The notes beneath the pieces were generated by a model. The model saw nothing but the letters and a program-made list of their open reading frames with translations, did no database searches and was not told where the DNA came from. This document shows positions 47,046 to 57,984 of a stretch of 64,000 nt of DNA, one piece after another. Source of the stretch: an uncultured Pseudomonadota bacterium (GTDB lineage: Bacteria > Pseudomonadota > Alphaproteobacteria > RF32 > CAG-239); NCBI GenBank assembly GCA_949297185.1, contig CASFRM010000013.1, positions 774-64,773 of the forward strand, in the 5' to 3' direction. Every line of letters starts with the position of its first letter. The first letter of the stretch is position 1. The translations under genes and the position numbers were made by a program.

Positions 47046-49316
47046 CTACAAAACTTCGCGACGGCCAACATGGTCTGCGGCAGAAACTATGCCCTCGGCT
47101 TCCATGCGGTCAATAATTGAGGCCGCTCGGTTGTATCCTATTCTTAATCTTCTTTGGACATAGCTGATGGAAGCTTTCTTGTCGTTTTGTACAATTTGAA
47201 CAGCTTGGCGATACAAGTCTTCGTCACTGCTGCCCCCTCCGAAATCGCCATTGTCAAATACTGCTCCGCCACCGGATTTGCTGTCATTTAATTCGCCTTC
47301 GGTTACGGCCTCAACATATTCGGGTTGTTTTTGCTTTTTCAAGAACTCAACAATTTGCTCAACTTCGCTATCTTTGACAAAAGGTGCATGAACACGCAAC
47401 GGACGTTGTCCGGCCGGCATATAAAGCATATCTCCCATGCCGAGTAATTGTTCGGCACCTTGCTCACCCAAAATGGTGCGGCTGTCTATTTTTGAGGTTA
47501 CTTGATAGCTGATACGGGTCGGGAAGTTGGCCTTAATCGTACCGGTGATAACATCAACCGATGGTCTTTGCGTCGACATAATCAAGTGAATACCTGCGGC
47601 ACGAGCCATTTGCGCCAAACGCTGAATTGCCGCTTCGACCTCTTTGCCGGCAACCAACATCAAATCGGCCATTTCATCAACCACAATCACAATATAAGGC
47701 ATTGGGGTTAAGTCGAGTTCTTGCTCTTCGTATATCGGTTTGCCGGTTTCCATATCAAAGCCGGTTTGAACCGTGCGGGTTATTTTTTCGCCGCTGCTTC
47801 GCAATTCTTCAAGTCGTTGGTTGTAACCGCTGATGTTGCGAACATTTAACTGAGCCATGGCACGATAGCGGTCTTCCATCTCTTTAACCGCCCATTTTAG
47901 ACCGATAACCGCTTTGGACGGGTCGGTAATAACCGGAGTAAGTAAGTGCGGAATGCCGTTGTACATGGTAAATTCCAGCATCTTGGGGTCTATCATTATC
48001 AGTTTGCACTCATCGGGACGCATACGGTACAAAAGCGAAATTATCATCGAGTTAACACCGACAGACTTACCGGAACCGGTGGTACCGGCAACCAGTAAGT
48101 GAGGCATTTTTGATAAATCGGCATAGGTGTTTTTGCCACCGATATCCTTACCCAAACTTATGGTCAGAGCGGCTTTGGCGTTTTTAAAATCATCACTTTC
48201 CAGTAAATCACGCAGATACACAATTTCGCGGGTGGAGTTGGGGAGTTCGATACCGATGGTATTTGACCCCGGAACAACCGCAATACGAACCGAGACCGCA
48301 CTCATGGAGCGAGCAATATCATCAGACAATCCAATTACACGAGCCGTTTTGGTGCCTGGTGCCGGTTCAAGCTCGTAAAGAGTAACTACGGGGCCTGGAC
48401 GAATCTGTACTATTTTGCCCGATACGCCGAATTCTTGCAGAACTTCTTCTAATTTGGCGGCAACTTTTTCAAGTTCTTTTTGACTCATGTGCTGCGTGGC
48501 TTTGTCTTTTGCGGCAGATAACAAGTTAATATCGGGAAATTCGTAGCCATCATCTATCTTGCTGACCGGTTTAGCAATCTTTATTGCTGCCGGAGCAGGT
48601 GCGTCCTTATCTTCTTTACTTTCGCGTAGTTTGGGTTCTTTGCGAGTTTTGGTCGGTTTTGTTGAGGCTTTTTTGCCTTTTATTTGGGAACCGAAAGAGT
48701 ATAGGTTGCGGCTGCCGTTGACGAGCATGAGTAAAATACCGGCAATGAATAAAACAATTTTTTTGCTTAATTTGTACCAACTGCTGATGTTGATTCCGCA
48801 AGCAAAATTAAATGAAATCAACGCAAGAGCAAACATTATGAAGCCTAAGATAATTCCATGATAAGCAAAGGGGTATATTCTGGAGGCTAAACTTAGGAAT
48901 TGCCGGGTGAAAAATACGCCGATGTTGCCGCCGAAACTAAATCTATCTATTTCGCCGATACTTAAGTCAAAAAACGAAGATAGGCAAACAGAGCCTAAGA
49001 TAAAAGCAAAAATGCGACCGTAAGCATGAACAAAGGTTTTGTATCTTAAAATTTCGTATCCCCATACTAAAGGAGCTATTAAAAATATTGCCAATCCTAG
49101 TCCAAACCAACTTAGAACAAAACTTGCCGCATAGGCTCCGTTTGCTCCCAATAGGTTGTTGATGGGAAGGGAATTGGCTATGTTGTAGCCGGAATCGCGA
49201 CTGTCATAAAACAGGCACGAAAATATCAGGAATGTTGCTGATAGTATAAAAAATACACCAAGTCCGAAAGTTAGAAGTTTGGCGAAAAGTGTTTTTCCTT
49301 TTTTGCGTTTAGCCAT
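47046..49316 (-). CDS. ftsK: DNA translocase FtsK
   Basis: 756 aa with N-terminal TM segments, a linker and a C-terminal motor (AGTTGSGKSVGVN Walker A, gamma domain). Confidence 0.9.
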   Translation of the reverse strand: MAKRKKGKTLFAKLLTFGLGVFFILSATFLIFSCLFYDSRDSGYNIANSLPINNLLGANGAYAASFVLSWFGLGLAIFLIAPLVWGYEILRYKTFVHAYGRIFAFILGSVCLSSFFDLSIGEIDRFSFGGNIGVFFTRQFLSLASRIYPFAYHGIILGFIMFALALISFNFACGINISSWYKLSKKIVLFIAGILLMLVNGSRNLYSFGSQIKGKKASTKPTKTRKEPKLRESKEDKDAPAPAAIKIAKPVSKIDDGYEFPDINLLSAAKDKATQHMSQKELEKVAAKLEEVLQEFGVSGKIVQIRPGPVVTLYELEPAPGTKTARVIGLSDDIARSMSAVSVRIAVVPGSNTIGIELPNSTREIVYLRDLLESDDFKNAKAALTISLGKDIGGKNTYADLSKMPHLLVAGTTGSGKSVGVNSMIISLLYRMRPDECKLIMIDPKMLEFTMYNGIPHLLTPVITDPSKAVIGLKWAVKEMEDRYRAMAQLNVRNISGYNQRLEELRSSGEKITRTVQTGFDMETGKPIYEEQELDLTPMPYIVIVVDEMADLMLVAGKEVEAAIQRLAQMARAAGIHLIMSTQRPSVDVITGTIKANFPTRISYQVTSKIDSRTILGEQGAEQLLGMGDMLYMPAGQRPLRVHAPFVKDSEVEQIVEFLKKQKQPEYVEAVTEGELNDSKSGGGAVFDNGDFGGGSSDEDLYRQAVQIVQNDKKASISYVQRRLRIGYNRAASIIDRMEAEGIVSAADHVGRREVL

Positions 49317-49491
49317 TTTAATTCCTTTGATTTGAGATAGCTCTTTAAATATCTTAGTTGCCGAGTATATATTAAAATTGTCAAAAATCCCTTAATTTTT
49401 ATTTTTATAACTGGCGCAACGCTCTTGACTTTTGTTGAGCTTTAAACCAATCTTATGGGCAGTTAATTTTAGCAGTAAAAAGGATAAAAAT

Positions 49492-50229
49492 ATGTTTAGA
49501 TTAGATGGAAAAGTTGCTTTGATTACCGGTGCTGCCGGTGGTTTGGGCGATAAAATTGCTCGCACTTTGCATGCTCAGGGTGCTAAATTGGCTTTGACCG
49601 ATATGCGTGCCGAACCAATGGAAAAATTAAAAACCGAATTGGGTGATAATGTTGAAGTATTTGTTGCCAATCTTTCGGATTCAGAGGCTATTAAAACCTT
49701 GGTTGCTGAAGTAGAAGCAAAATTCGGTCAAATCGATATCTTGGTTAACAATGCCGGTTTAACCAGAGATAATTTGTTTATGAGAATGAGCGATGATGAA
49801 TGGCAGTTGGTATTGGATGTTAACCTCTCTGCCGGTTTCAAATTGGCAAGGAGCGTTATCAGAGGAATGATGAAACGCCGTTTTGGTCGTATTATCGGTA
49901 TTGCCTCGGTAGTCGGTGTTACCGGAAATGCCGGTCAAGCTAACTATGCTGCTTCTAAGGGTGGTATGATTGCCATGAACAAATGCTTGGCTCAAGAAGT
50001 TGCTTCTCGCGGTATCACAGTTAACTCTATTGCTCCGGGCTTCATCAGAACTCCGATGACCGATGTTTTGCCCGATGATGTTAAGACAGCTTTGTTGGCT
50101 AAAATTCCGGAAGGAAAACTCGGCGAAGCTCAAGATATTGCCAATGTAGTTGCTTTCTTGGCTTCTGACGAATCGCAATACATCACCGGTCAGACCATTA
50201 ACATCAATGGTGGTATGGCTATGATTTAA
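49492..50229 (+). CDS. fabG: 3-oxoacyl-ACP reductase FabG; start moved to the ATG at 49492, ORF begins at 49432
   Basis: MFRLDGKVALITGAAGGLG gives the standard 245-aa FabG. AAAAGGA lies upstream. The YAASK catalytic motif is present. Confidence 0.85.
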   Translation: MFRLDGKVALITGAAGGLGDKIARTLHAQGAKLALTDMRAEPMEKLKTELGDNVEVFVANLSDSEAIKTLVAEVEAKFGQIDILVNNAGLTRDNLFMRMSDDEWQLVLDVNLSAGFKLARSVIRGMMKRRFGRIIGIASVVGVTGNAGQANYAASKGGMIAMNKCLAQEVASRGITVNSIAPGFIRTPMTDVLPDDVKTALLAKIPEGKLGEAQDIANVVAFLASDESQYITGQTININGGMAMI

Positions 50230-50250
50230 TAGCTGATTATAAGCTAAAAT

Positions 50251-50284
50251 AAAAAACCGGATATTTTTGATATCCGGTTTTTTG
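50251..50284. terminator. Bidirectional terminator between fabG and rbfA
   Basis: AACCGGATAT-ttttg-ATATCCGGTT hairpin flanked by an A-run on one side and a T-run on the other. Confidence 0.6.
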
Positions 50285-50659
50285 TTATTTCAAATCTTGA
50301 GCAACTTTGGGGTCTTGCAAGAGTTTTTCTATCTTGTCTACGGCCTCAAAAGTTTTATCGACACGGAAGTTTATCTCCGGTACATAGCGCAGAGATGTTT
50401 GAGCCGCAACTTGTTTGCGGAAAAAGTTGGCGGCTAGTTGCAAACCTCCCAAAACTTCTTGCAAAAAATTGCCGTTTGAGGTGGTGAACCACACCGTGCA
50501 ATATTTCAAATCGGGCGAAACGGTTACTTTGGTAATGGTAACAAGGGTGTCAATTCCCTCTAAATTGTGGACTTCGCCGCGGTCAATAAAACGCGTGATA
50601 ATTTTTCTGATTTCTTGGGCTACCCTTAGCTGTCTTTGCGAAGGTTCTTTATCTGCCAT
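50285..50659 (-). CDS. rbfA: Ribosome-binding factor A; start moved to the ATG at 50659, ORF runs to 50707
   Basis: MADKEPSQRQLRVAQEIRK..., 124 aa. An AGGAGA RBS lies upstream. Confidence 0.8.
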   Translation of the reverse strand: MADKEPSQRQLRVAQEIRKIITRFIDRGEVHNLEGIDTLVTITKVTVSPDLKYCTVWFTTSNGNFLQEVLGGLQLAANFFRKQVAAQTSLRYVPEINFRVDKTFEAVDKIEKLLQDPKVAQDLK

Positions 50660-50791
50660 GTTTTTTCTCCTAAACTTTTGTATAATCTTATTTTCATATA
50701 AAGACAAAAAGCTTTATTTGGCAAGTGTTTTTGCTAAAAGGTTTGACAGCTTGGTCAATTTGCCGTATCAAAAAATTAAACGGAGAGAAAA

Positions 50792-51694
50792 ATGAAGCAT
50801 AAAAAAGGCGAAAATGTTAACGGTTGGCTGATTATAAACAAACCGGCGGGAATGGGTTCAACCTTGGTGGTTAATCTGACGCGAAAACTGCTAAATGCCA
50901 AGAAAAATGGACATACCGGAACTCTTGATCCTTTTGCCGAAGGAGTGTTACCGATTGCCTTTGGTGAGGCGACAAAACTAATTCCTTATGTGATGGACGG
51001 CGACAAAGAGTATGAGTTTGTTTTGAAATTCGGGGTGTCCACCGATACTTTGGATTTGACCGGAAATGTGGTGGCGCAAAGTTCTAAAATCCCGAGTAAA
51101 GATGAAATATTGGCGGTTCTGCCACAGTTTATCGGGGAGATTGAGCAAACTCCGCCGATGTATTCGGCACTAAAGATTGCCGGAGAAAGAGCTTATGATT
51201 TGGCAAGAAAAGGACTTAATCCGGAAATGCCAAAACGAATCGTAAAAATTTATGATTTGCAGCTTATTGAAATGATGAGCGAATCTGAGGCAAAATTTAG
51301 AGTAAAGTGCTCTAAAGGTACTTATGTCAGGACTTTGGGGGCTGATTTGGCTCAAAATTTGGGCTCATGCGGTCATTTAACCGCACTAAAAAGGACAAAA
51401 TGCGCCTTATTTGATATCTCGGATACGATTTTGCTGGAAAATTTAAAAAATATGGAGTATGTTGAAGAACGCAAAAAATTGTTGCTTCCCTTGTTGACAT
51501 GTCTGTGCGACATCACGGTCATTGCCGTAGGGGAAGAAGATGCTGCCAAGTTGCGTAAAGGACAGGCAATTTCACCAAAGGCTTATGGAGATATAAAGCT
51601 CGGTGAGGCTGCCGCGGTCTTTGAAAATGAATTGGTGGCTATGGTGCGAGTGGAAGAAAACAAAATTTCTCCCGTTCGTGTGTTTAATTTATAG
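50792..51694 (+). CDS. truB: tRNA pseudouridine55 synthase TruB
   Basis: 300 aa with the catalytic GTLDPFAEGVL motif and a PUA-like C-terminus. Confidence 0.9.
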   Translation: MKHKKGENVNGWLIINKPAGMGSTLVVNLTRKLLNAKKNGHTGTLDPFAEGVLPIAFGEATKLIPYVMDGDKEYEFVLKFGVSTDTLDLTGNVVAQSSKIPSKDEILAVLPQFIGEIEQTPPMYSALKIAGERAYDLARKGLNPEMPKRIVKIYDLQLIEMMSESEAKFRVKCSKGTYVRTLGADLAQNLGSCGHLTALKRTKCALFDISDTILLENLKNMEYVEERKKLLLPLLTCLCDITVIAVGEEDAAKLRKGQAISPKAYGDIKLGEAAAVFENELVAMVRVEENKISPVRVFNL

Positions 51695-51712
51695 TAAAAA
51701 AAAGGAAAAACG

Positions 51713-51982
51713 ATGTCGATATCTAATGAAAAAAAACAGGAACTTGTTAAAGCTTTCGGATTAAACCCCAATGATACCGGTTCTCCGGAGGTTCAAATCG
51801 CTATTTGGACCGAAGAAATCAACAACCTGGTTGAACACTTCAAAGTTCACGCCAAGGATAATCACTCTCGTTTGGGTTTGATGAAAAAAGTTGCTCGTCG
51901 TCGTCACTTGCTCGACTATTTGAAGAATAAAGACGAGAACAGATACAAAACCATTATCTCTAAGTTGAATATCAGACGATAA
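51713..51982 (+). CDS. rpsO: 30S ribosomal protein S15
   Basis: 89 aa (GSPEVQIA...[20 protein letters not shown]). Confidence 0.95.
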   Translation: MSISNEKKQELVKAFGLNPNDTGSPEVQIAIWTEEINNLVEHFKVHAKDNHSRLGLMKKVARRRHLLDYLKNKDENRYKTIISKLNIRR

Positions 51983-52091
51983 TTTGGTTTGTTTTTGGGG
52001 GGCGGAGCTTGTTGAAAGAGCTCCGCAACCTGTATAAAAATCCTGCATGGGGCAGGTAGAGGATTGTATGATAGATGAAAGGTAATTATAT
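51983..52091 (+). promoter_or_regulatory. rpsO-pnp intergenic leader with two stem-loops
   Basis: Hairpins GCGGAGCT-tgttgaaag-AGCTCCGC and CCTGC-atggg-GCAGG lie upstream of pnp. Confidence 0.4.
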
Positions 52092-54215
52092 ATGATCGAT
52101 TTTAAAGAAGTCCGCAAAGAAATGATGTGGGGCGGACGTAAGCTGGTTTTGGAAACCGGTAAAATCTCGCGTCAGGCAGCCGGTTCGGTGGTGGTTACTT
52201 ACGGTCAAACCGTTGTTCATGGTACAGTTTGTGCCGCTAAAGAAGTTAAGGCTGATCAAGATTTCTTCCCTTTAACCGTTAATTATCAAGAAAAATATTA
52301 TGCTACCGGTAAAGTGCCCGGCGGCTTTATGAAAAGAGAAGGAAAACCTTCGGAACGCGAAGTTCTTATTTCTCGTTTGATTGACAGACCTATTCGCCCG
52401 TTGTTTCCAGATGCTTTCAAAAATGAAGTACAAGTCGTATGTACCGTATTGGCTCATGATAAACAAACAGATTCAGATGTCGTTGCCATGATTGCTGCTT
52501 CGGCTGCTTTGGCTGTGTCTGGTATCCCGTTCTTGGGTCCTATCGGTGCTGCTAAAATCGGTTATAAAGATGGTCAGTATATTTTGAACCCAACAATTGA
52601 ACAACAACAAACTTCTGATTTGGAATTGGCTGTCGCCGGTACCAAAGAGGGTGTTTTGATGGTTGAGTCCGAAGCTAACGAACTTTCCGAAGAAGTTATG
52701 CTCGGTGCTGTTATGTTCGGTTTTGAAAACTTCCAACCGGTTATTGATTTGATTAATGAACTTAAAAACGAAGCCGGTAAAGAAGCTTGGGAAATGCCGG
52801 TATTTCCGCCGGAGTTTGATGCCCTCTATGCAAGAGTGGAAAAGGATTTTGAAGCTAAATATGCAAAAGCTTTTGAAGAAACCGATAAACTTACTCGCGG
52901 TACATTGGTTGGTCAAATTTCGGAAGAAGTTAGGGCTACAATCGACCCCGAAAATGAAATTGAAAACCGCTATGTCGGTGATGTAATCGAAAAATTGATG
53001 CATAAGGTTGTACGCGAAAAAGTTTTGACCACTGGTCATCGTATTGATGGTCGTGATACCAAAACCGTGCGTCCGATACAGTGTGAAGTTGATGTCTTGC
53101 CTACAACTCACGGCTCGGCTTTATTTACCAGAGGTGAAACTCAGGCTTTGGTCGTTACTACTTTGGGTGTGGGCGAAGATGCTCAAGTCATTGATGGTTT
53201 GTTTGATGAGACCAAAGAAGATTTTATGCTTAACTATAACTTCCCGCCTTATTCGGTTGGTGAATGCGGTCGCTTGGGTTCTCCGGGACGTCGTGAAATC
53301 GGTCACGGAAAATTGGCATGGCGTGCAATTCACCCGATGATGCCGAAAGATAAAGACGCTTTCCCGTATACCGTACGTGTGGTTTCAGAAATTATGGAAT
53401 CTAACGGTTCGTCTTCGATGGCTACGGTTTGCGGTTCTACAATGTCTTTGATGTCTGCCGGTGTGCCGTTGCGTAAACCGGTGGCCGGTATTGCAATGGG
53501 CTTGATTAAAGAAGATGACTGCAGAGTTGCTATCTTGACCGATATCTTGGGTGATGAAGATCACTTGGGTGATATGGACTTTAAGGTTGCCGGTACTAAA
53601 GATGGTGTTACCGCTTTGCAAATGGATATTAAAATTACTTCCATTACCAAAGAAATTATGCAAAAGGCTTTAACCCAAGCTCATGAAGGCAGAATTCATA
53701 TCTTGGGCGAAATGGCCAAGGCAATCGCAGAGCCTCGTCCGCATGTTTCTGATAAAGCTCCAAGAATCGTTGCTATCAAAATTCCGGTAGATAAAATTCG
53801 CGAAGTTATCGGAACAGGTGGTAAGGTTATCAGAGAAATTGTTGATACTACTCATACCAAAATTGATATTTCTGATGATGGCGTAGTTAAAATTGCTTCG
53901 ATGAAAAAAGAAGACGGTGATGCCGCTTTGGAATGGATTATTGGTATTGTTGCCGAACCTGAGACCGGTAAAATCTATCATGGTACTATTACCAAAATTA
54001 TGGATTTCGGTGCGTTTGTTCGTTTCCTCGGTACTACCGAAGGTTTGGTTCACATCTCTGAAGTTAAGAACGAGAGAATTGCCTCGGTTTCTGATTTCTA
54101 TAAAGAAGGTGACAAAATCTGGGTTAAGTGCTTGGGTGCCGATAATCGCGGTAAGATTAAACTTTCGGCTAAGAGAGTTAATCAAGAAACCGGTGAAGAT
54201 TTGGAAAACAAATAG
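52092..54215 (+). CDS. pnp: Polyribonucleotide nucleotidyltransferase (PNPase)
   Basis: 707 aa with two RNase PH domains plus KH and S1 domains. Confidence 0.95.
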   Translation: MIDFKEVRKEMMWGGRKLVLETGKISRQAAGSVVVTYGQTVVHGTVCAAKEVKADQDFFPLTVNYQEKYYATGKVPGGFMKREGKPSEREVLISRLIDRPIRPLFPDAFKNEVQVVCTVLAHDKQTDSDVVAMIAASAALAVSGIPFLGPIGAAKIGYKDGQYILNPTIEQQQTSDLELAVAGTKEGVLMVESEANELSEEVMLGAVMFGFENFQPVIDLINELKNEAGKEAWEMPVFPPEFDALYARVEKDFEAKYAKAFEETDKLTRGTLVGQISEEVRATIDPENEIENRYVGDVIEKLMHKVVREKVLTTGHRIDGRDTKTVRPIQCEVDVLPTTHGSALFTRGETQALVVTTLGVGEDAQVIDGLFDETKEDFMLNYNFPPYSVGECGRLGSPGRREIGHGKLAWRAIHPMMPKDKDAFPYTVRVVSEIMESNGSSSMATVCGSTMSLMSAGVPLRKPVAGIAMGLIKEDDCRVAILTDILGDEDHLGDMDFKVAGTKDGVTALQMDIKITSITKEIMQKALTQAHEGRIHILGEMAKAIAEPRPHVSDKAPRIVAIKIPVDKIREVIGTGGKVIREIVDTTHTKIDISDDGVVKIASMKKEDGDAALEWIIGIVAEPETGKIYHGTITKIMDFGAFVRFLGTTEGLVHISEVKNERIASVSDFYKEGDKIWVKCLGADNRGKIKLSAKRVNQETGEDLENK

Positions 54216-55095
54216 TCCTAATCTGATACAAATAAAAAGGCTCTGCTTTTGGCAGAGCTTTTTTATTACATGCTTTACAGAAAACCCCGAGTTTACTCGG
54301 GGCTGAATGCCAAGGTATCGTTAGATACCGTTCCACGCCAACGAGCGTGGTCAAACCGTTAGGTTTGTAACTACTATAGAACCCCCAGTTAGATTTGAAT
54401 TCTGCTAAAGTGCTTACTTCAAGGTATGGGTTGCACTTTTTTTCTTCGCCTAAGCTCATTGGGGCGACAGGTAATCCGGAAGATAGACGCTCGCGAGCTT
54501 GGGTTAAGTATTTTTGGATATCTTCGTTGCCATGGTTATAGGCAAAAGCAAATCTGGCTCCGCCCATAGTGTATTCATGTCCTGGGTAAAATAAAGTATC
54601 ATCAGGCAGAGATTTTATTTTTTGCAAGGCGGCAAACATTTGTTCTGCCGTTCCTTCAAAAATACCACCTATACAAAGATTGAATAAGGTGTCGCCGGTG
54701 AATAAAATTTTATCTGATTTAAAATAATATAAAATGTGGCCGATGGTGTGAGCCGAAACATCTATAATTTCGGCAACGGATTCACCTAGGCTAAAAGTTT
54801 TGCCTGCCTCGAGGCCAATATCGGCACCTTCTATGCGATGCATGTCGGCAGAATTACAAGCAATTTGGGCGTTATATTTATTTTTTAGCTCAATATTGCC
54901 GTCAACGTGGTCAAAATGATGGTGCGTATTTAAGATATATTGCGGCTTAATGCCTAAATCATTACATTTTTTTATAACCGGTGCGGCTTCTGACGGATCA
55001 ATAACGGCGGCTAATTTACTGGCACTATCAATTATAATATAGGCGTAATTATCCATATAGTCCGGACGGCAAAGTACCGGATAAACTTCTAGCAT
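54178..55095 (-). CDS. gloB: Hydroxyacylglutathione hydrolase-like MBL-fold protein with a C-terminal extension
   Basis: 305 aa with [10 protein letters not shown], the MBL HxHxDH motif. The GloB C-terminal region ...[12 protein letters not shown] is present. A further roughly 75 aa continue across the hairpin cluster and the pnp terminator, overlapping the pnp 3' end by 38 bp. Confidence 0.65.
   Translation of the reverse strand: MLEVYPVLCRPDYMDNYAYIIIDSASKLAAVIDPSEAAPVIKKCNDLGIKPQYILNTHHHFDHVDGNIELKNKYNAQIACNSADMHRIEGADIGLEAGKTFSLGESVAEIIDVSAHTIGHILYYFKSDKILFTGDTLFNLCIGGIFEGTAEQMFAALQKIKSLPDDTLFYPGHEYTMGGARFAFAYNHGNEDIQKYLTQARERLSSGLPVAPMSLGEEKKCNPYLEVSTLAEFKSNWGFYSSYKPNGLTTLVGVERYLTIPWHSAPSKLGVFCKACNKKALPKAEPFYLYQIRTICFPNLHRFLD
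54236..54266 (+). terminator. Rho-independent terminator after pnp
   Basis: AAAGGCTCTGC-ttttg-GCAGAGCTTTT followed by a T-run. Confidence 0.6.
54285..54350. repeat. Three consecutive short hairpins (REP-like), lying inside the 3' end of the gloB-like ORF
   Basis: CCCCGAG-ttta-CTCGGGG (54285-54302), GGTATC-gtta-GATACC (54314-54329) and CCACGC-caacga-GCGTGG (54333-54350). The first shares the CCGAG/CTCGG core with the elements after hydA. Confidence 0.45.
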
Positions 55096-56784
55096 TTACA
55101 GATACTCCTCGGGGTTTATTTCATCAATTTGGTCTTTATCGATATATTCTTTGGCGTACTCCATATATACACCGCTTTTAATGAAAAGTTCGTATAAATC
55201 GGGATCAAGATGTCCACTGTTTTTCATCTCTTGCATAATGCGCAAAACTTCGGAGAGTTTTTTTGGTTCTTTGTATGGGCGGTCACGAGCGGTTAGGGCT
55301 TCGTAGACATCGGCAATGGCCATTATCTTGGCCGGAATAGACATTTGTTTGCCGGTTAAGCCATTGGGATAGCCTTTGCCGTCAACTCTTTCGTGGTGAG
55401 CTCCGGCGTATTCAACAATGTTGGATAGCTCAGGCGGAAAAGGTAAATTCTTTAATATTTGAATCGTGGTGACAATGTGTTCGTTTATTTTTTGTCTTTC
55501 GGATTGGTTTATAGTGCCTTGGCGAATTTTTAAGTTGGTTAATTCACCCTGATTATATGTGGCTGCAAGTTGTTCGGGACGGTCTTGTAAAACAGATTCA
55601 ACTTCCGGATTATTGTAGGTCGACGGAGTATTAATAAGTTTGCGTTCGCCCCAAGATAAGCCAACCATGCGGCTGAAATAGCGGGTGAATGTTAGTTCTT
55701 GTGATATCTGGTCTAATCTTTCTATATCTGCATCGCTGAGAGCGGCGTCTCCTATGTTGCAACGGCCGATAAATTCAAAGTCTTCGGTAAGTTTTTTTAC
55801 TTTGGCTACAAATTCGGCTTGAAGACTTTCTTTGCTGTCCATGTTTTGTAGTCTTTTTTGCAGATATTCGATATGGGCATCACGGCGTAATATTTCAAAT
55901 CTATCTCTGATTTCGTGAATACGGTTATGGACAGTTTCCAGCTTGGCTGATTTGTCCATTATAAATTCCGGCGTAATTATTTTACCGCAATCATGCAACC
56001 AAGAAGCTATGTGAAGTGCATACCAGTCATTATCTGACATTTCAAAATTCTTGAAGGCGCCTTCGGTATCTTGAACGGCTGCTGATGCCAATAGTCTGGT
56101 AATAATCGGAACTTTTTGACAGTGAAGACCGGTATAGGGTGATTTTGCATCAATGGCTTTGGCCATTACATCAACAAAAGATTCCAATAACTGGGTGTAT
56201 GATTCTTCTAAGCGTTTGCGCTCTACCGCAAAAGATAATATGCTGCATATTTCTTCAATTTGTTCTTGAATGTCATTGCTAAAGTTAATTATTTTTCCAT
56301 TGAAATCTTTGGCATTTATAAATTGGGCAACGCCAATTATGTTGTTTTTGCTATCTGATATCGGGAATGATAGCATAGATAAAGTGCTGTAATTGTTTTC
56401 CTCGTCAAATTCTTTGAGATATGATGAATCTATGGTGGGCTCATTAAAAATATTTGCCGTGTTGATTATCTCGCGGTTGATGGCGCATAATTCAGCCGGT
56501 TGTTTGGGGTGCTTTTCGACAATATCAGGTAAATAAACCGAAGGAAACAAACGCATGTTAGAAGTGCCCGAGATGGAAGAATTTAGGCTTTCGATACGGC
56601 TAAATACCAGATTTAGAAATTTCTTTGGGGTAACATGGAAGAAAAAACAACCATCAGCGTTGGCGATGCTACAGGCCAAGGTCATAGTAGATGCTATGAT
56701 ATCATCTACAGAATCTCCGCAAGACGCGCTCTTGCACAGTCTTAGGACATTGGATAAAATTAAATCTGACGGATTTGTTATCAA
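55096..56784 (-). CDS. HD-GYP domain c-di-GMP phosphodiesterase with an N-terminal GAF-like sensor domain
   Basis: 562 aa carrying HD (WLHDCGKIITPEF) and GYP (HHERVDGKGYPNGL) motifs. Confidence 0.8.
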   Translation of the reverse strand: MITNPSDLILSNVLRLCKSASCGDSVDDIIASTMTLACSIANADGCFFFHVTPKKFLNLVFSRIESLNSSISGTSNMRLFPSVYLPDIVEKHPKQPAELCAINREIINTANIFNEPTIDSSYLKEFDEENNYSTLSMLSFPISDSKNNIIGVAQFINAKDFNGKIINFSNDIQEQIEEICSILSFAVERKRLEESYTQLLESFVDVMAKAIDAKSPYTGLHCQKVPIITRLLASAAVQDTEGAFKNFEMSDNDWYALHIASWLHDCGKIITPEFIMDKSAKLETVHNRIHEIRDRFEILRRDAHIEYLQKRLQNMDSKESLQAEFVAKVKKLTEDFEFIGRCNIGDAALSDADIERLDQISQELTFTRYFSRMVGLSWGERKLINTPSTYNNPEVESVLQDRPEQLAATYNQGELTNLKIRQGTINQSERQKINEHIVTTIQILKNLPFPPELSNIVEYAGAHHERVDGKGYPNGLTGKQMSIPAKIMAIADVYEALTARDRPYKEPKKLSEVLRIMQEMKNSGHLDPDLYELFIKSGVYMEYAKEYIDKDQIDEINPEEYL

Positions 56785-56807
56785 TTATTGCTCCAATGCT
56801 AAACAAA

Positions 56808-57914
56808 TTAGTTTATCTTTGATACCAGATATTTAATATCTTCAGGACTTAATTCATCATTTTTTTGAGTGAAACTTAAAATCCTTTCAATAACTTTGTG
56901 GCCAAAGGCTTTGCGATCCGAACGAGCGCAGTCAAAGCGAATTTCTTGGATAACTTTTAACGCGCTGAAAATAGCCGGAAATACATTCTTGGGGATGAAT
57001 GCTTTGCGCAAAAGATTTCTTATCATAAAATCGGCTTTGTTATTGAATAGTATTTTTCGGACTTCTGCAATTGGTGTTTCTGATAAGTATACCAGTGCGT
57101 ATTCAAAGAATTTTAAATCACCCAAACAAATCGAACGAACTACCAGTCCCGGTGTAAGGCGATTGGCTTTGTATAGTTGATGAACTAATTCTTCAATTTG
57201 GTTGTCGGAGGAATATTCTTCCGATATACTCAAGGTGATTTTTTCTTTTACTTCGTCAACAAGGTTAGAGGCCAAATCTTTGGGTAGATTATGTTGTAAA
57301 ATTAGATGAGTTTTTAATTTGTAGGAAAGTTTATCTACTATTTTTTCAATTACCGAAACCGGAAGCTCCGAGCGGTATACAAGTCTTTGTTTGATATCGT
57401 CGTTTTCTGAATATTTTACGGCAATGCTGTTAAGAGTAGCTTCTTTGATATTTGCCTTGTTGTTAGAGACAAGCTCGCCGACAACTTCGCCAGAGCATTT
57501 ATCTGCTATATAGTCTGAAATATCGGCAGATAGATCAGAGCGTTTAGCAATTGCTTTTTGACGATTGATGCCCGGCATGCTTAGGATTTTGAGCATGTCT
57601 TCATTACTAAGAGATTCATAATATTGTAAAAAAGGAACGGCAATACTGTCACGGTCATTTATTATGCTGCTGACAATATCTTCGGGTAGGTCTGAACAGT
57701 GCTTTAGGCTGTCTGATAATACTTCGCGAACCTTAATTTCGGCATCGTGGACCATGATACGAAATATGTCTTCGGCCAATTTTATCGCTTGCGGTGAAAT
57801 ATCTTTGTCTTGGTAAAAGTGGCTAACTTTACGAGCAATAATAGACTTGCTCTCTGATGAAACATCTTGAGCTAAGTTGGTAACATCTTGCATACTCAAT
57901 TCATTTTTGCTCAT
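56808..57914 (-). CDS. Hypothetical alpha-helical repeat protein (possibly DUF2336-like)
   Basis: 368 aa, soluble and helical. It recalls an alphaproteobacterial DUF of similar size, but no motif was verified. Confidence 0.35.
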   Translation of the reverse strand: MSKNELSMQDVTNLAQDVSSESKSIIARKVSHFYQDKDISPQAIKLAEDIFRIMVHDAEIKVREVLSDSLKHCSDLPEDIVSSIINDRDSIAVPFLQYYESLSNEDMLKILSMPGINRQKAIAKRSDLSADISDYIADKCSGEVVGELVSNNKANIKEATLNSIAVKYSENDDIKQRLVYRSELPVSVIEKIVDKLSYKLKTHLILQHNLPKDLASNLVDEVKEKITLSISEEYSSDNQIEELVHQLYKANRLTPGLVVRSICLGDLKFFEYALVYLSETPIAEVRKILFNNKADFMIRNLLRKAFIPKNVFPAIFSALKVIQEIRFDCARSDRKAFGHKVIERILSFTQKNDELSPEDIKYLVSKIN

Positions 57915-57984
57915 GGTCGGGCTCCTTTGTATAGTCGAAGCTGTCGATATTTTTATCTTATAACAAAAAAAAGTTAATTACTAA

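Noticed and set aside
49432-49491. Upstream start for fabG at 49432
   Set aside because: It would add 20 non-conserved residues. The ATG at 49492 has an AAAAGGA RBS and yields the canonical MFRLDGKVALITGA N-terminus.
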